NCBI RefSeq assembly: GCF_001194135.2
Contig: NC_068983.1
Coordinates: forward strand, 28,353,339-28,417,338
Length of the DNA: 64,000 nt
DNA from: Octopus bimaculoides
Taxonomy: Eukaryota
Reading direction: 5' to 3'
The notes beneath the pieces are model-generated. The model saw nothing but the letters and a program-made list of their open reading frames with translations. It was not told where the DNA came from and searched no databases. Positions within the stretch are counted from its first letter, which is position 1. Each line of letters starts with the position of its first letter. Below are positions 24,380 through 37,799 of the stretch, in pieces. The translations under genes were made by a program, and so were the position numbers.

Positions 24380-25573
24380 ATTTTCTCAATAATCTGTTCC
24401 AAGCTCCCTTTATTATTTTTACTGCATCCAGAATATTGAATGGTTTCCAAAATTATTGTAGCGGTGAGCTCCTTTCCTTGACAATAGCATTTATTAACTG
24501 ATCAAATGTGTGCTGACTGTAACACACTTTGAATATTGCAATAAAGCCTTGATCCATTGGTTGCCAAAGTGATGTATTTGGCAACACACACATTAATCTA
24601 ATCTTGGGATAGAAATATTGTAGAACTTGTGGAAGACAAGGTACATTATCTACAATCAGTAGCTTATGAAATGGAATATTTTTTGCCATGGCAATATTTT
24701 CTTTTCTTTTTTTCTTTTACTTTGGAGATAAAGCGATGAAAGAAACAAGCTTCAAACAGTGAAGCAGTAACCAAAACATGTTTTATTTGCTTTCCATATG
24801 ACTGGTAATGATGCTTTTATGAAGATTGTTAGTGCCTTTGAATTTTCAGCATGATACACAAGCATGACTTTAACTTAGAGTCTTTAAGTCGCATTACCTC
24901 CAAATTTAATGCTAACAAATCTTCAGCTACTTTAAAACCTGACATCAATGATTTTTCTTTTGCAATGTGGTTTGCCAGCATGCACTTCCAAAATAGACAT
25001 GTTTCATGCATACTATAAATTTGTGAAAGCATATAACTATATTCTGCTATTGTTTCTTCTTGTTTTAACAAGAATGGAGTTGCTGTATGAATTTCAGTAA
25101 TCACAACTTCTTTTTGCACTATATATTATGCCAACCAGTTCATTTTTTATATTTCTAAAACCAAGCATCGCTTGCAGTAAATATTTCATCATAATAGCCT
25201 TCTTTCTTATCATTAAGCAACTTAAAAATAGATAAAGTTTTAGCACAAACAATAGCTTGCATAATAAACATGTTTAATCACAGCAATTGTTCAATTGTCC
25301 ATGTTGATAAATGCATTTCCATGTGAACAATAAGGTTTATCACTTCTTTTTGTCATGTTCTATCAAGAAGTGAATATTTGTAATTTCATTCAAATATTTT
25401 TCTTTATCCATTAAAATCATTAATACAGTTGAAAATTTTTGAACCTAAATCTTTAATGATTCTTCCAGCACTTCGTTCATTTATGATCTTATATTTTACT
25501 TCTGAAGTTATTGTTTTCCATTTCTTTGTATCTTCTATAGCATTCCCTCCTTATTATCTTTGCATTTTGCCAT
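24380..25573 (-). mobile_element. Tigger/pogo-family DNA transposon relic (CENP-B HTH plus DDE_1)
   Basis: SQIYSMHETCLFWK (cf. QIFNMDETGLFWK), GFKVAEDLLAL (cf. GFKAAKDRLTL), KLLIVDNVP...LPNTSLWQPMDQGFIAIFK (cf. LLILDNAP..LPPNTTSLIQPMDQGVIA.FK); many stops and frameshifts. Confidence 0.9.
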
Positions 25574-27879
25574 ATTGGAAGCAGATAGCATAATTAAAAT
25601 GAATTCAACATGATATGCTGTGATTTATAGCTAGAATTAACCGAAAAATCACCCATCAAGCTAAAAAAAATAGCTATAAGAACTGCATTTTATTAAAGAA
25701 TTATTATAACAAATTTAAATATAGCTTCTTTTAGAAAGAAAACAATCCAACAAAATTTATTTATCATACCTTATAACTTATTACTTTTTAACACTGAGCA
25801 GGAAGTTGATTCAAGTATGTGGGGAAGCTGATAAGCATTAGTAAGCTTATGTATTGGGTTATGGGTATAAGCTGTAGGTAGCCAACTAGCCCATACATTT
25901 TTCAACTATAACTCCTATGGCTATTTCGAAATTGCCATATGTGATTAATCCTTAAACTTGCTAGTCATTTTACCATAGTGTAATTAGCCATCTAATTAAA
26001 ATGATAAAAACCACTCTAAAAGACTAGCTAGATTGTGCTACATTATTTTTTAAATCAACAAGATTTATAGCTATATGCTACGTGACTATTTTCATTAGCT
26101 ATGTTATCTTAAAACATGCTAGATCTAACTAGAAATTATCTAAATTAGCAACCCCTGATTGGAAGGATGAACTAATTCAAATGTTTTCATAAGAAAGAGA
26201 GTAGCAGGCAGAATGTCAATACAAGTGTGCACACACAATGTCAACATGTAAATTAACTGAATGACTGAATGAACAAACAGATACTCATGAACACATTATC
26301 AAGTTGCACAGAGGTAATTAAACTTTTAAAGCAATCATTATGAATGTTTACTAGCTATTTTGCATAATTAATGATTAAGATTTTATTTTTATAATTTAAA
26401 AAAAAACTATCATTAAAGCTTGGCATTATTAGGTGAGAGATCATTAAGCGAGGGGAGGGGGTTACTGTATAAACTTGCAGCTTATTCTATGATTTCTATA
26501 GTGTTTTGCTATTTAAACGCCAAATGTATTATCCTATGTTATCCTTCCTTAACAAAACCTTCTCTTGCATATCTTCTACTTCCTATGTCTACCACCTTCA
26601 TTTCATACAGCATTAAACAGTACATACCACCATTTCCTGTAAGCACTCTATTCTTTCTAAGATTCAGGCCTGTTTTTTGGTTTGCGGATAGCTTCCTCCC
26701 CATCTTCCTTCCACTAATCTTAGAAAATCTTTAAAAGACCTTGTATAATGCTCTTACCTCCTGACTGAGAGATAAAAAAAATGTTTAAAATAATCCCACA
26801 AACTACTTAACTAAAACATAATACAATTCTGTTTCAAGAAAGTTTAACTATGATCAATATGGCAGCACACCATGTCTGAGAGACTTAAATAATATTTGTG
26901 GTAGGGACCAAACTTTCAAGTACAAAATGTATTTACTATTTAGCCAATAAAATAAATAATTACTCCGGAAAGATAAAGATATATCTGAAACATTTAATGA
27001 AAAGTAAATCTATTTTGAAAGAATAAAAATCTAAATGTGACAATAAAATGATAGACAATCACTAAGTTAGAAGCTTATGACAGATCATATTGAAGAAATG
27101 TTGTTGATAATGAAAATAATGATGTCAAGGACAATCATTCACCATGATGGTTATGATGGTGATGTTTGTGATTGCAATGATAATGTCCACTACTCTATTG
27201 AAACTAGAAGGTTTCCAATCAGCTAAGACAAAAGATTCAATCAACAGAATGTTGAAAAGCAATTATTGATGAAAATATATTTCCAAATTAGATCTCACTC
27301 ACCATCTTCTTACATATCATCAGCATCAACATCCTCACCTACAATAGCATTCTAATCAATATCAATATTATCAATAACATCAACAACAATAAGAACAACT
27401 TATTCACTGATTTGATGTTGTTTTAGAAAATACCAAATCACTTTGAGAATGTTTTCTAAGTACAGATTTATTCAGTTCATATGAAGTTAAGTAATTGCCT
27501 GCTTGACATAGATGAAAATAGTTCCAAAGACCTCCTAAGATTCTTTGACAGCTAGCTAGATAATAGTAAGATTTAACCTATGTTAAGTTAGCTTACCGAA
27601 ATAAAGGGTTTCATAAAATGGTAATTGAGATAGAAAAGAAACTAAATAGAAAAGAAGAAATGGTAAACTCAAATAGCATCCAAAACCATATAAAAAGACA
27701 TAAAAAAAGTTTTATCAAGTTTTCATCCATAATGAACATTTGATCAGAAAAAGAAATAATTAAATTTGTTCATATATATATCATCAATGTCATTTTAATA
27801 TTCACTATTCTCTGCTCACATGGGTCAGGTAGAATTTATTGAGGAAGATTTTCTATGGTGATGCTCTTCCTTTCACCAA

Positions 27880-28105
27880 CCCTCGTCTGTTTCCAAGTAA
27901 GATATTTCCCCCATGGATATCTTCTGATCATAGCAGCACCACCATCTGTTGCACAAGCCACAATGTTCTTCAATGGAATGTTGTTCTCTTCAAAATAGGC
28001 CTCAAGTTTTTTGAAAATGGATTCTCCTTTTGTGTCGGTCATTAATTTCAAAGCAAAAAGCAATTCTTGACATATATCATTAACATTAAGAAACCTAACA
28101 AATGC
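27880..28105 (-). mobile_element. hAT (Charlie/SPIN-like) transposase fragment
   Basis: AFVRFL..ICQELLFALKLMTDTKGESIFKKLEAYFEENNIPLKNIVACATDGGAAMI matches the catalytic TDGA.AM region. Confidence 0.9.
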
Positions 28106-28134
28106 CATTAAAAAAGCAGAATTATCTTCTTCAA

Positions 28135-28508
28135 CATGGTGGTGGCAGTGGAGGCAGTGGTGGTGATGGTGGATGTGTGGCAGAGCTGCTGGTGGTGGTG
28201 GTATTGGTGGTGGTTTTGGTGGTGGTGTGGTGGTNNNNNNNNNNNNNNNNNNNNNNNNNNNNNNNNNNNNNNNNNNNNNNNNNNNNNNNNNNNNNNNNNN
28301 NNNNNNNNNNNNNNNNNNNNNNNNNNNNNNNNNNNNNNNNNNNNNNNNNNNNNNNNNNNNNNNNNNNNNNNNNNNNNNNNNNNNTGTGGTGGTGGTGGCA
28401 GCACTGGTGGTGGTGATGGTGTGGTGGCACTGCTGTTGGTGGTGGGGGTGTGGCAGCGCTGGTGATAGTGGTGGTGTGGCAGCACTGGTGATAGTGGTGG
28501 TGGTGGTG
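28135..28508. repeat. Degenerate (GGT)n tract spanning an N gap
   Basis: Directly visible. Confidence 0.95.
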
Positions 28509-28509
28509 G

Positions 28510-28870
28510 AATTTAGTTTTCCTTTAGTGCCTTTCCCTATTCTTCTGTCACACGCTGCTCAGAACTTTTTTATCACAACAGCTTTTGTTGCAATAGGTTC
28601 TTCTATTTCACAATTCCAACTTATCCAATATGTCAGGCTCAATGGTCCAAGTTATGATCTAAATGTCATATCCCACACCTTGCTTTAGTCCGCCTTAGCT
28701 ACAGATACATTCCACCTTGTTATATACATAAATACATATATTATCTATTTGCATAACATGTCAGGAGCATTGTAGACATCTTGCTGGCATATATTAAACA
28801 ATGAAATTGATTCCTGGTCACATTTTCAACCTGCTTCCAGCTTGCCTTACTCTTTCATTAATTCTGCACA
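28510..28870 (-). mobile_element. Probable RTE (BovB-like) LINE relic
   Basis: Broken frames NERVRQAGSRLK and RWNVSV...TYWISWNCEIEE resemble RTE C-terminal motifs (..RIR.AW..., RWMCNVSV, LRW.GHV.R.DE). Confidence 0.4.
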
Positions 28871-29201
28871 TCCCTTAGAATATATACAACTTGTTTGCTT
28901 TCCTATAATCTCTATAGACCATCTCCACTCACAGCAAATATTTGACAGAAATACAACTTTAAACCCCTTACATATATCTCAGAATCAGCAAAGTCTCCAA
29001 GGAAAGTGAAAAGAAAAATTCCGTTCTAAAGATAGTACAATTTCACATGCTATAAGTCTCTTTACACTGTACTGTCACTAGTGCCATCTTCAGTCCTAAT
29101 TATGCCTCCATAAGATAACTTTTGTAATATTGTCTAACACTTCTATGTAGATCTATGTAGATCAACATCTGTTTTCAGTATTTTCATAAACAGTTATCTG
29201 A

Positions 29202-29202
<1 letters not shown>

Positions 29203-29293
<91 letters not shown>

Positions 29294-29300
29294 ACACATA
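29203..29300. repeat. (CA)n microsatellite
   Basis: Directly visible; other long CA/TG runs at 13580-13680, 15580-15622, 32755-32785 and 42280-42320. Confidence 0.97.
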
Positions 29301-29459
29301 AATGATGCAGACATGGCTTTGTGGTCAAGAGGTTTGTTTTACAACTATGTGCAAGTGCCTCCTCAGGCTAACCAATGTCTTGTGAGTGAAACTGAGAAAT
29401 GGAAACTGCATGGAAGCTAATTTGTATATATATACATATATATATATATTTATAAATAT

Positions 29460-29760
29460 AGGGAGAATTCACAAAAAAACAAAACACGAAGGCAGGTGGT
29501 GTAGATAACAACGAGATGTATTAGCTTAATGCTCAGGAAATGTAAAAGTCTTTAATGTTTCAAGCCTACGCTCTTCCACAGAAAGGAACACAGAAAGAAA
29601 CAAGGAGAGAAAATAAAGAATGTGTAGTGGCTAGCGAACTATCATGTCNNNNNNNNNNAAAGAATGTGTAGTGGCTAGCGAACTATCATGTCAAATGCCG
29701 GACAGAAGGGTCACACAGGAGAGCTAGGAAGAAGGGGAGATAATAAAGTAGTGGTAATCC
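29460..29760 (-). mobile_element. Penelope-like terminal repeat fragment with decayed hammerhead
   Basis: Minus strand CTTT-CTGTGGA-A-GAGC gtag GCTT-GAAA-CA-T-T|AAAG at 29550-29585; interrupted by a 10-N gap. Confidence 0.45.
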
Positions 29761-30360
29761 CATGTGTGTGTATGTGGAATGTATGTGCTTCTTACAGAGA
29801 TCATCCAAGAGAAGGAAAATGGCTGTGTCACGTTTATATCTCCATTGAACACTCTGACCAAAAATAACTCTTGAAAAAGTAGAATAAAAATAGAAATTCC
29901 TTACTTATAAAATAGGCAAAGGCTGGCAACATGAAGAACATTTGGTCAAAAGAATATCACCTCAAATAATTAGCCATTCAACCTATACCAGCATAGAAAA
30001 AGTGAATGAACACCCAAATGAACATGTGTGTGTGTTGATGAGGGAACCAGAAAATGGATGTGGCACAAATCTTTATTCAACATGACAATCGCTTTGACCC
30101 ATACTGCTAAAGGCTCCCAGGGTGCCAAGCAATGGTGTTGAACAGGGTGGCATATTATGTCTACCACCCAAGTAGTTCAGTCTGAGTTCAAATCTTCAAG
30201 CTGTGTGATCTGGCATTCTTACAGTTCAATTAATTCACCATTCTAGTCTAGAACTTTTCTCATCATTCCTAAAACGACGAAGGGTTTATTTTACTTTGAT
30301 GGGATTTGAACTCAAAGCACAGAAAGTCAAAACAAACACAGAAAGGCATTCCGTCCACCC

Positions 30361-30905
30361 TTTTATTCTCTTTTATTCTCTTTTACTTGTTTCAGTCATT
30401 TGACTGCGGCCATGCTAGAGCACTGCCTTTAGTTGAACAAGTCGACGCCTGGACTTATTCTTTGTAAGTATAGTACTTATTCTATCGGTCTCTTAGGCCA
30501 AACTGCTAAGTTACAGGGACGTAAACACACCAGCATCGGTTGTCAAGTGATGTTGGGGGACAAGCACAGACACACAAATACATATATNNNNNNNNNNNNN
30601 NNNNNNNNNNNNNNNNNNNNNNNNNNNNNNNNNNNNNNNNNNNNNNNNNNNNNNNNNNNNNNNNNNNNNNNNNNNNNNNNNNNNNNNNNNNNNNNNNNNN
30701 NNNNNNATATATATATATATATACATACATATACATATATACGATGGGCTTCTTTCAGTTTCCGTCTACCAAATCCACTCACAAGGCTTTGGTCGGCCCG
30801 AGGCTATAGTAGAAGACACTTGGCCAAGGTGCCACGTAGTGGGAAGAACCCGGAACCATGTGGTTGGTAAGCAAGCTACTTACCACACAGCCACTCCTGC
30901 GCCTA
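30361..30905 (-). mobile_element. SINE family A copy
   Basis: Reverse complement of the 13692-14070 family; N gap in the internal microsatellite. Confidence 0.85.
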
Positions 30906-31886
30906 CTCAAATATTTCTGACAACTTCTTCATATTCTAAATGATTCTGGTGGTAAATTCCAACATAACAAATATTACACACACAGAAAAATTCACTGGCA
31001 TCCTGACCATCTTAACAACAATAAATTTCCAACAAATAGGCAGGATACTTAAAATTTTTATACAATAATGATTTTCCAACTGAGACACCATCTGCAAAAC
31101 TGTTAAATATTCCAGTGATTAATCATTCTTGTGAACCACCTTCTATGAAGAAAATTTAAAATGGTAGAATTGATGAATTTTGAAATGGTAACACCACAGG
31201 TGTTGATAAAACAACATCGAAAATGTTTAAAGGTGGTGGTAATATATTGCTCTCTGAATGGCCATAATTACATCTTGCTTGAACTAAAGGGAAACATTAT
31301 TGACTGGAAGAAAGAATTCCATCATTATTCAAGCATTATAACAATGAGTTTATCATACTTGTTGTTCAACTCCAGAATAGCCAGGACTGAGCAGACCTAT
31401 AGTCACAAGCAAATGAGCCATGAGCATCTTCCCTCTAAATACTATAGTTATCTGGCACTCTGTTGGTTATGACGACAAGGGGTCCAGTTGAATTGATGAA
31501 TGGAACAGCCTGTTCATGAAATTAATGTGCAAGTGATCGAGCTATCCACAGACATGCATACCTTTAATGTAGACCTCAGAGAGATTCAGTGTGACACAGA
31601 ATGTGACAAGGCTGGCCCCTTTGAATTACAGGTACTACTCATTTTTTCCAACTGATTGAACTGGTGCAATATGAAATAAAGCGTGTCACTCAAGGGTACG
31701 ACACACCACCAGTAATCACTCCAAGAGCCAAATCCCCATAACCACAAAGCTATGCACCTTCACCAATATTTATCTAGAAATGCAACATTCACTATGTCCC
31801 TCCTTTTTCAGAAGATGACAGGCTCTAACTCAAAGCCTGCCATTTTCATATCAACCAATCACATGGAGAGTTCTTTGTTGGCTAAT

Positions 31887-32104
31887 ACTCTTTTACTCTT
31901 TTACTTGTTTCAGTCATTTGACTGCGACCATGCTGGCGCATAGCCTTTTAGTCGAGCAAATCGACCCCAGGACTTATTCTTTGTAAGCTTAATACTTATT
32001 CTATCGGTCTCTTTTTGCCGAACCATTAAGTTATGGGGACGTAAACACACCAGCCTCGGTTGTCAAGCAAAGTTGGGGGGACAAACACAGACACACAAAC
32101 ATAT

Positions 32105-32151
<47 letters not shown>

Positions 32152-32318
32152 TACGATGAGCTTCTTTCAGTTTCCGTCTACCAAATCCACTTACAAGGCT
32201 TTGGTCGGCCCGAGGCTATAGTAGAAGACACTTGCCCAAGGTGCCACACAGTGGGACTGAACCCAGAACCATGTGGTTGGTAAGCAAGCTACTTACCACA
32301 CAGCCACTCCTGTGCCTA
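31887..32318 (-). mobile_element. SINE family A copy (well preserved)
   Basis: Highly similar by eye to the copies at 30361-30905 and 55575-56130. Confidence 0.85.
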
Positions 32319-32751
32319 TGGTCATGCTTGTAAAACTTACTGGAAGATAAATTTAAGGTCAGCTGCTTGTAAGGGTTTTATGCTTGTCTAACAAATATAC
32401 TGAAAACATGGAAATAATTACCTAAAGAGATAGGATTCCACACGAATTATGGATATTATAATCAAATTATTAACAACTAATGGAAGGGAGTAATCAAAGC
32501 TGCTCGTATTTAATTACTGTGTTCATAGATGTTAAAGTTGAATTTCCTACTGTAACTACACAAACACCCTGAAAATACCTTGAAGCTAAATGTATGCAAA
32601 CAAAATTATCTGTTAGCTACAGCAAGTGCTTGAGAGATCAACAAGTGCTTTCAAAATTAAAGATTAAATATTTATTGATTTTTCCCTGATTCAAATAGGC
32701 ATAAGACATGGTTGTATCCTCCCAAATCTCTCTCACTCTCTCTCTCTCTCA

Positions 32752-32788
<37 letters not shown>

Positions 32789-32938
32789 ATGACTAGTCTG
32801 TATTAATACTTATAACCACTATCAACAAAAAGACTAAATAAAAAGCACCAAGAATAAATTGTATAAATTTAATAATTAGTGACAAACTTCAATGCTTTCC
32901 ATTTTTGAATGTGTATGTGTGTGTGTGCATGTATGAGA

Positions 32939-32979
<41 letters not shown>

Positions 32980-33579
32980 GTTCATGCATAAGTCACACTT
33001 TTTGTACACAACTTCAATGACAAAGAAATCTTATAGAAGATATTTCATCTCCATCACAACCAGCCACTGGGCTGAATGACATAAGTGCATATCTCACATG
33101 GGCACAGCCATCTTGAATAAATTACCTTACTTTCTAAATTATGAAAACTAAGCCATGGAAAATATTGTACATCTGGTCTTTTGAGCTCACTGACAGTAAA
33201 CATGTTAGAAAAGATTTTAGAATCTAAATTGATACAATAAAGTGCAAATGATAAGTCCAACAAAGATAACTGACAGAAATTGCGGTGAAAGGTGCAAACT
33301 TCTAAAGAAACAGTTAAGTCTTTAAACTTATGAAAAGAGATAGAAAGAGATCAGAGGCTTGAGTGATATAGTAATATGGATGGGTGGAGATAGATGGTGA
33401 TGAGACAGTCACGATGGTTGAGTGGGGGCTTACAGTAAATTTCAAAGAAACAAATATAGAAAATAAGGGAACATGATGAGGGTGAAGGTCAAGAAAGAAA
33501 AGAAAATTTGTATTATGTGGGTTTGTTTGTCAGACCACAAATGTTTTTATTCTTTTCTATACATGAGTGGCTGTGAGGT

Positions 33580-33716
33580 AAGTAGCTTGCTTACCAACCA
33601 CATGGTTCTGGGTTCAGTCCCACTGCATGGCACCTTGGGCAAGTTTCTTCTACTATGGCTTCAGTCTGACCACAGCCTTGTGAGTGGATTTAATAGATGG
33701 AAACTGAAAGAAGTCT

Positions 33717-33718
<2 letters not shown>
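33580..33718 (+). mobile_element. SINE family A head
   Basis: TGGCTGTGAGGTAAG...GGTTCAGTCCCACTGCATGGCACCTTGGGCAAG. Confidence 0.8.
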
Positions 33719-33761
<43 letters not shown>

Positions 33762-33763
<2 letters not shown>

Positions 33764-34180
33764 TCATTTACTCTTTTATTTGTTTCAGTCATTTGACTGT
33801 GGCCATGCTGGAGCACCATCTTTAGTCAAAGAAATCAACCCAAGGACTCATTCTTTGTAAGCCTAGTACTTATTCATTCTATCGGTCTCTTTTGCCAAAC
33901 TAAGTTACAGGGATGTAAACACACTAGCATTGGTCAGCAAGTGATGGTGGGGGGACAAACACAGACACACAAACATACACACACACACACACAAACATAT
34001 ACACACACACACATATTCAATGTGCTTCTTTCAGTTTCTATCTACCAACTCCATTCACTAGGCTTTGGTCAGCTCGAGGCTATAGTAGGAGACTCTTGCC
34101 CAAGGTGCCATGCAGTGGGACTGAGCCTGGAACCATGTGGTTGGTAAGCAAGCTACTTACCACACAGCCACTCCTGTGTA
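33762..34180 (-). mobile_element. SINE family A copy
   Basis: Full-length reverse copy immediately downstream of, and inverted relative to, the head at 33580-33718. Confidence 0.85.
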
Positions 34181-34464
34181 TGAAAGAATAAAAAAATTGT
34201 TTTCAAATTTTAGCACAAGACCAGCAAATTGGGGGGGGGGCAGCCGATTAAATTGACCCCAGTGCTCAACTGGTACTTATTTTCTCGACCTGAAAGGGAT
34301 GAAAAGCAAAATCAACCTCAGTAGAATTTGAACCCAGAAAGTAAGGACTGATGAAATGCTGCTAAGCATTTTGCCCAGTCTCCAGCTCACCATTTTATGA
34401 AAGAAGAAAATATTATTTCATATCAAATATTTGTCATGATGACAACTACTAGGATAAAGATAAA

Positions 34465-36042
34465 ATCTTCATTATACATTGTTGCTTTCAAAGTTAACAT
34501 TTTGGAATTTGCAGAAGTTAATGATAACAGAGCTGCTGAGAGGGGGGGGGGTCTGTAGCAGAGAATAATGTGAAAGATTGCAGAAATCAAAAGGAATATT
34601 TACTGGTAATGCCAAAGACAAAACAAACAAAAAAAAATAATAAAAGCCAAGTAGATGGAAGCAGCTTTTTATCCAGATGTTTGAAAGGAATGGTTAAACC
34701 GACTCATTAATCAGAGGAGAAGTGATTTCATTTTAACTCTGATACAAATAGTATTGAAGGTTACCAAGAGCTCCCAATAACATCATTTAAAGGTTCTAAT
34801 GAAGTGACTCATCACTTTATGGTGAAAAATGTATTTAGCCTATGACAGAAAACCAAGATGTTCCCTAAACTATCACATGACTTACAACATACAATAAATT
34901 TGCTTTTTTCTTTTTTTGAGGCAAAAAATAGCAGCGGGAATTTAACTTGGTTAGATTGGTAATATGGATGAATATTCAAGGGTTTTTGTTTTTGTTTTTT
35001 GGCTTTTTTCCCATCTACCTAGAAAACATACACTTGTCAAAGAAAACCTATTCATTGAGGAGCATAGAATAAGAACATAAATTTTGCAGAGATATTTCTG
35101 TGTATACAGTAGATGGTAAAAAAAGGTATGGTAAAGTTAACTTCTTGAGTTATAGTGATTCATAAGGGCCAATTTCCCAGTTTCTATGGTGTATATATTC
35201 CCCACTTGGATGGGATGCCAGTTGCAAGGTTACTCATTTTTGCCAGCTGAGTGGACTGGAGCAATGTGAAATGAGGTGTTTTGCTCAAGAGTACAATGCA
35301 TCACCTGGTCCAGGAATCAAAATCACAATCTTACGATCATGAGTCCAACACCCTAACCACTAAGCCACGTACCTCCACTTACAGTATATGACATTAAGCT
35401 TAAACCAATGTGATGATGATTAACAGGAATGGATTACTAGAGGGGCAGAATAAAAAGAAGATATTATCTCGAGTTTTGGTTCACATTTGAACCAAGAGAC
35501 GGATGGATTAAGAAGGCATCATTGTCTTGTTAAACCAAGCTTTTAACCACAGTAAAATGCCTTCTTAATCAGACATCAAGAGCCCTCCTGAAAATGAAAC
35601 CACTCTTTGTATGGGACCAGTTTGGTGTACACAAGTTGGAAAAGATGAGAGAGAATGACAAATCACTGAACTCATCTTTAGCTATAATACTAGCTGAACA
35701 CAAACCTTTGATACAATCTTTGGATGTGGTGCTCAGTGAACCATTGAATGATGGGATAGCTAAGTTAGCTAAGGCTACCTTCTCGAGTCATGCTAACTCA
35801 CAAGGACCAATTTGCCAGTTTACATGGTGTATAAATTCCTCACCTGAATGGGACACGGGTCCATCACAGGATTACTCATTTTTGCCAGCTAAGTGGACCA
35901 TTTGTGAACTGATGACTACGATGATCAAAAGCAGGAAGATGAAACAAAGGACATATCAGCACTATGGGATGCAGATGAAAAGTTGACATTGCAGAAGTGG
36001 GAAGACAATTCTCACACCAGTGATGATGAAGAACCTGATTGA
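34465..36042 (+). mobile_element. pogo-family (POGK-like) transposase fossil, interrupted by SINEs
   Basis: N-terminal YIVAFKVNILEFAE..NRAAER..VAENNVKDCRNQKE..MPKTK (Brinker-type DNA-binding domain); RVLVHI*TKRRMD*EG; LFVWDQFGVH...LIQSLDVVLSEPLND (DDE); acidic tail DDYDDQKQEDE...SDDEEPD*. Confidence 0.75.
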
Positions 36043-37799
36043 TAATTTCATAATTGGAGTTACCTTTATATTGTTTATTGGTGCAGTCTGTGTGAAGAAT
36101 ATTGACAGCTGTAGCAGTAGTAAAAGACAGCTGCTCATAAGTTAGAGAAAATAGCAGAAAGAGCATCGTGCTGGTTCAGAAATAATTGAGAGTAGTTGAG
36201 GTGGAATCCAGGAGAAAATGGGTTGTGACTAGTCATCACTGCCAACCCAACAACTGGAGGAATCTGTGATCAAAACCCTTGAGAAAAGTTGGCTACCACT
36301 TGTTGACTACTTCTACCAATCAAAAGCTACAGTCATACATATGTAGCTGAATCAGTAAGCATCTCTAGTAGAAGTATGTAACATTAATAGTACCATATGA
36401 GGACACTCAAATGATGATCGTTTCTAAGGAACTGAAAATCCAACATTACTTTAAAAAGATACTTGGAAAAATGTTATGATTAGCTAAGTAAAAAAAATGC
36501 AATTATGAACAAAATGTGTAAGCAATGACAAGCAAGATAATAATATTATACAGCATAAGGTTAAACTATAAATCAAATTGAAAGAGGATAATGTAATTGA
36601 CTAAAAAGAAAACTTTTTGGTAATTGTTACCTTACTGAGAGTTTGCCATGAATAAATGTATAATTGATTTAGTTATGTCGCACCAAGAATGACAAAATAT
36701 ATAACTGTTATTATGAAGCACAATGATAATACATGGCATGAAAAGGAAACACAGACAGGCATAGAATACACGATATAAAATTTGCTCTCCCTATTTTTAT
36801 GTTTTCCACTAAATGTCCAAAAAGTATTTGCTTTTTACAGGTGAATGGAAGATATATCACGGTTCAGTATATATACAAATGAAATGAGTAGTGAATTTTG
36901 AACTTCCAGATAGCTTCATTTTTGGATCTAATCCAAAGTAACGCCTCTCATGAAGTGTATTTTACAATATTGATATTTTACATGTGGGAAAACTCTGTGT
37001 GTGTGTGCATATGTACATGTGTGTATGTGTGTGTGTGTATATGATAGCATTCAGTCATATATGTTGCTTGTCCATTCTTACTAACATGACATGTAAACAG
37101 AAACAGAAGAGCATATACTCTCAGACACATGTTGTACATTTTGTGTTGCATGGATGTAAAGCCACCAACAACTGGGTGTATAAAAATTAAACTCTAGGAT
37201 GTAAGGTCTTGTGAAGAATGAGAATAGAGTTTGAATTTTTGTTAATCCTTCAACAATTTTGAATACTTTTTATCCTTGTAACATTTAATTAACTACACAA
37301 TTGGCTGTGATGAATTATTTTTAGAACCTTCTTGTTCTCATATTTCTCTTAAAATACATTACCTTTGTCTCAATGAATTATGAAGTTAATGAAGTATTTA
37401 ATAAAATAACTTTGTCATTATTAAGCTGCTATTTAGAACATAAATTGCCTTGATAGTTTGATGGCAGTTTTTAATTTTAAGCACTTTAAAGCAGAAAGAT
37501 TTTAATATGGAAATAGGGAGTGCTTCTGACTGGTTGATATTAGAAAGGTTAAATTGATTTATCGTTCAACTATGGTAGTAGTTGAATAATATTCTTAAGG
37601 CTGTAATTTACTCACATGCAGCATCTTTCAGGGCTTTGTCGCTAATTCACTTCTTAACCAAATGGAAAAACTGTTAACATTTTTGAAGAGGACTGGTCCC
37701 CAGCTATATTTTGGCATTAAAAAATTGAGATTTGGTCCAGTAGAAAAAGTATACATCAAAATTTATATTAACGTTATAGGAGAGTAAGTAATGCCACCA

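Noticed and set aside
26440-26470. Possible Tigger TIR (TACAGTAACCCCC.. on minus)
   Set aside because: No matching partner found at the other end of the Tigger relic.
29615-29692. 34-bp exact direct repeat
   Set aside because: The copies sit on either side of a 10-N gap; typical unmerged contig overlap.
32341-32399. Minus-strand 59-nt segment with strong acceptor and GTAAGT donor (similar case at 22362-22457)
   Set aside because: Stops in all frames; several such pseudo-exons are expected by chance. A poison exon cannot be excluded without RNA data.
33131-33189. Minus-strand exon-like ELKRPDVQYFPWLSFHNLE with a CTAAC branch motif
   Set aside because: Not frame-symmetric with the WW exon and no recognisable homology.
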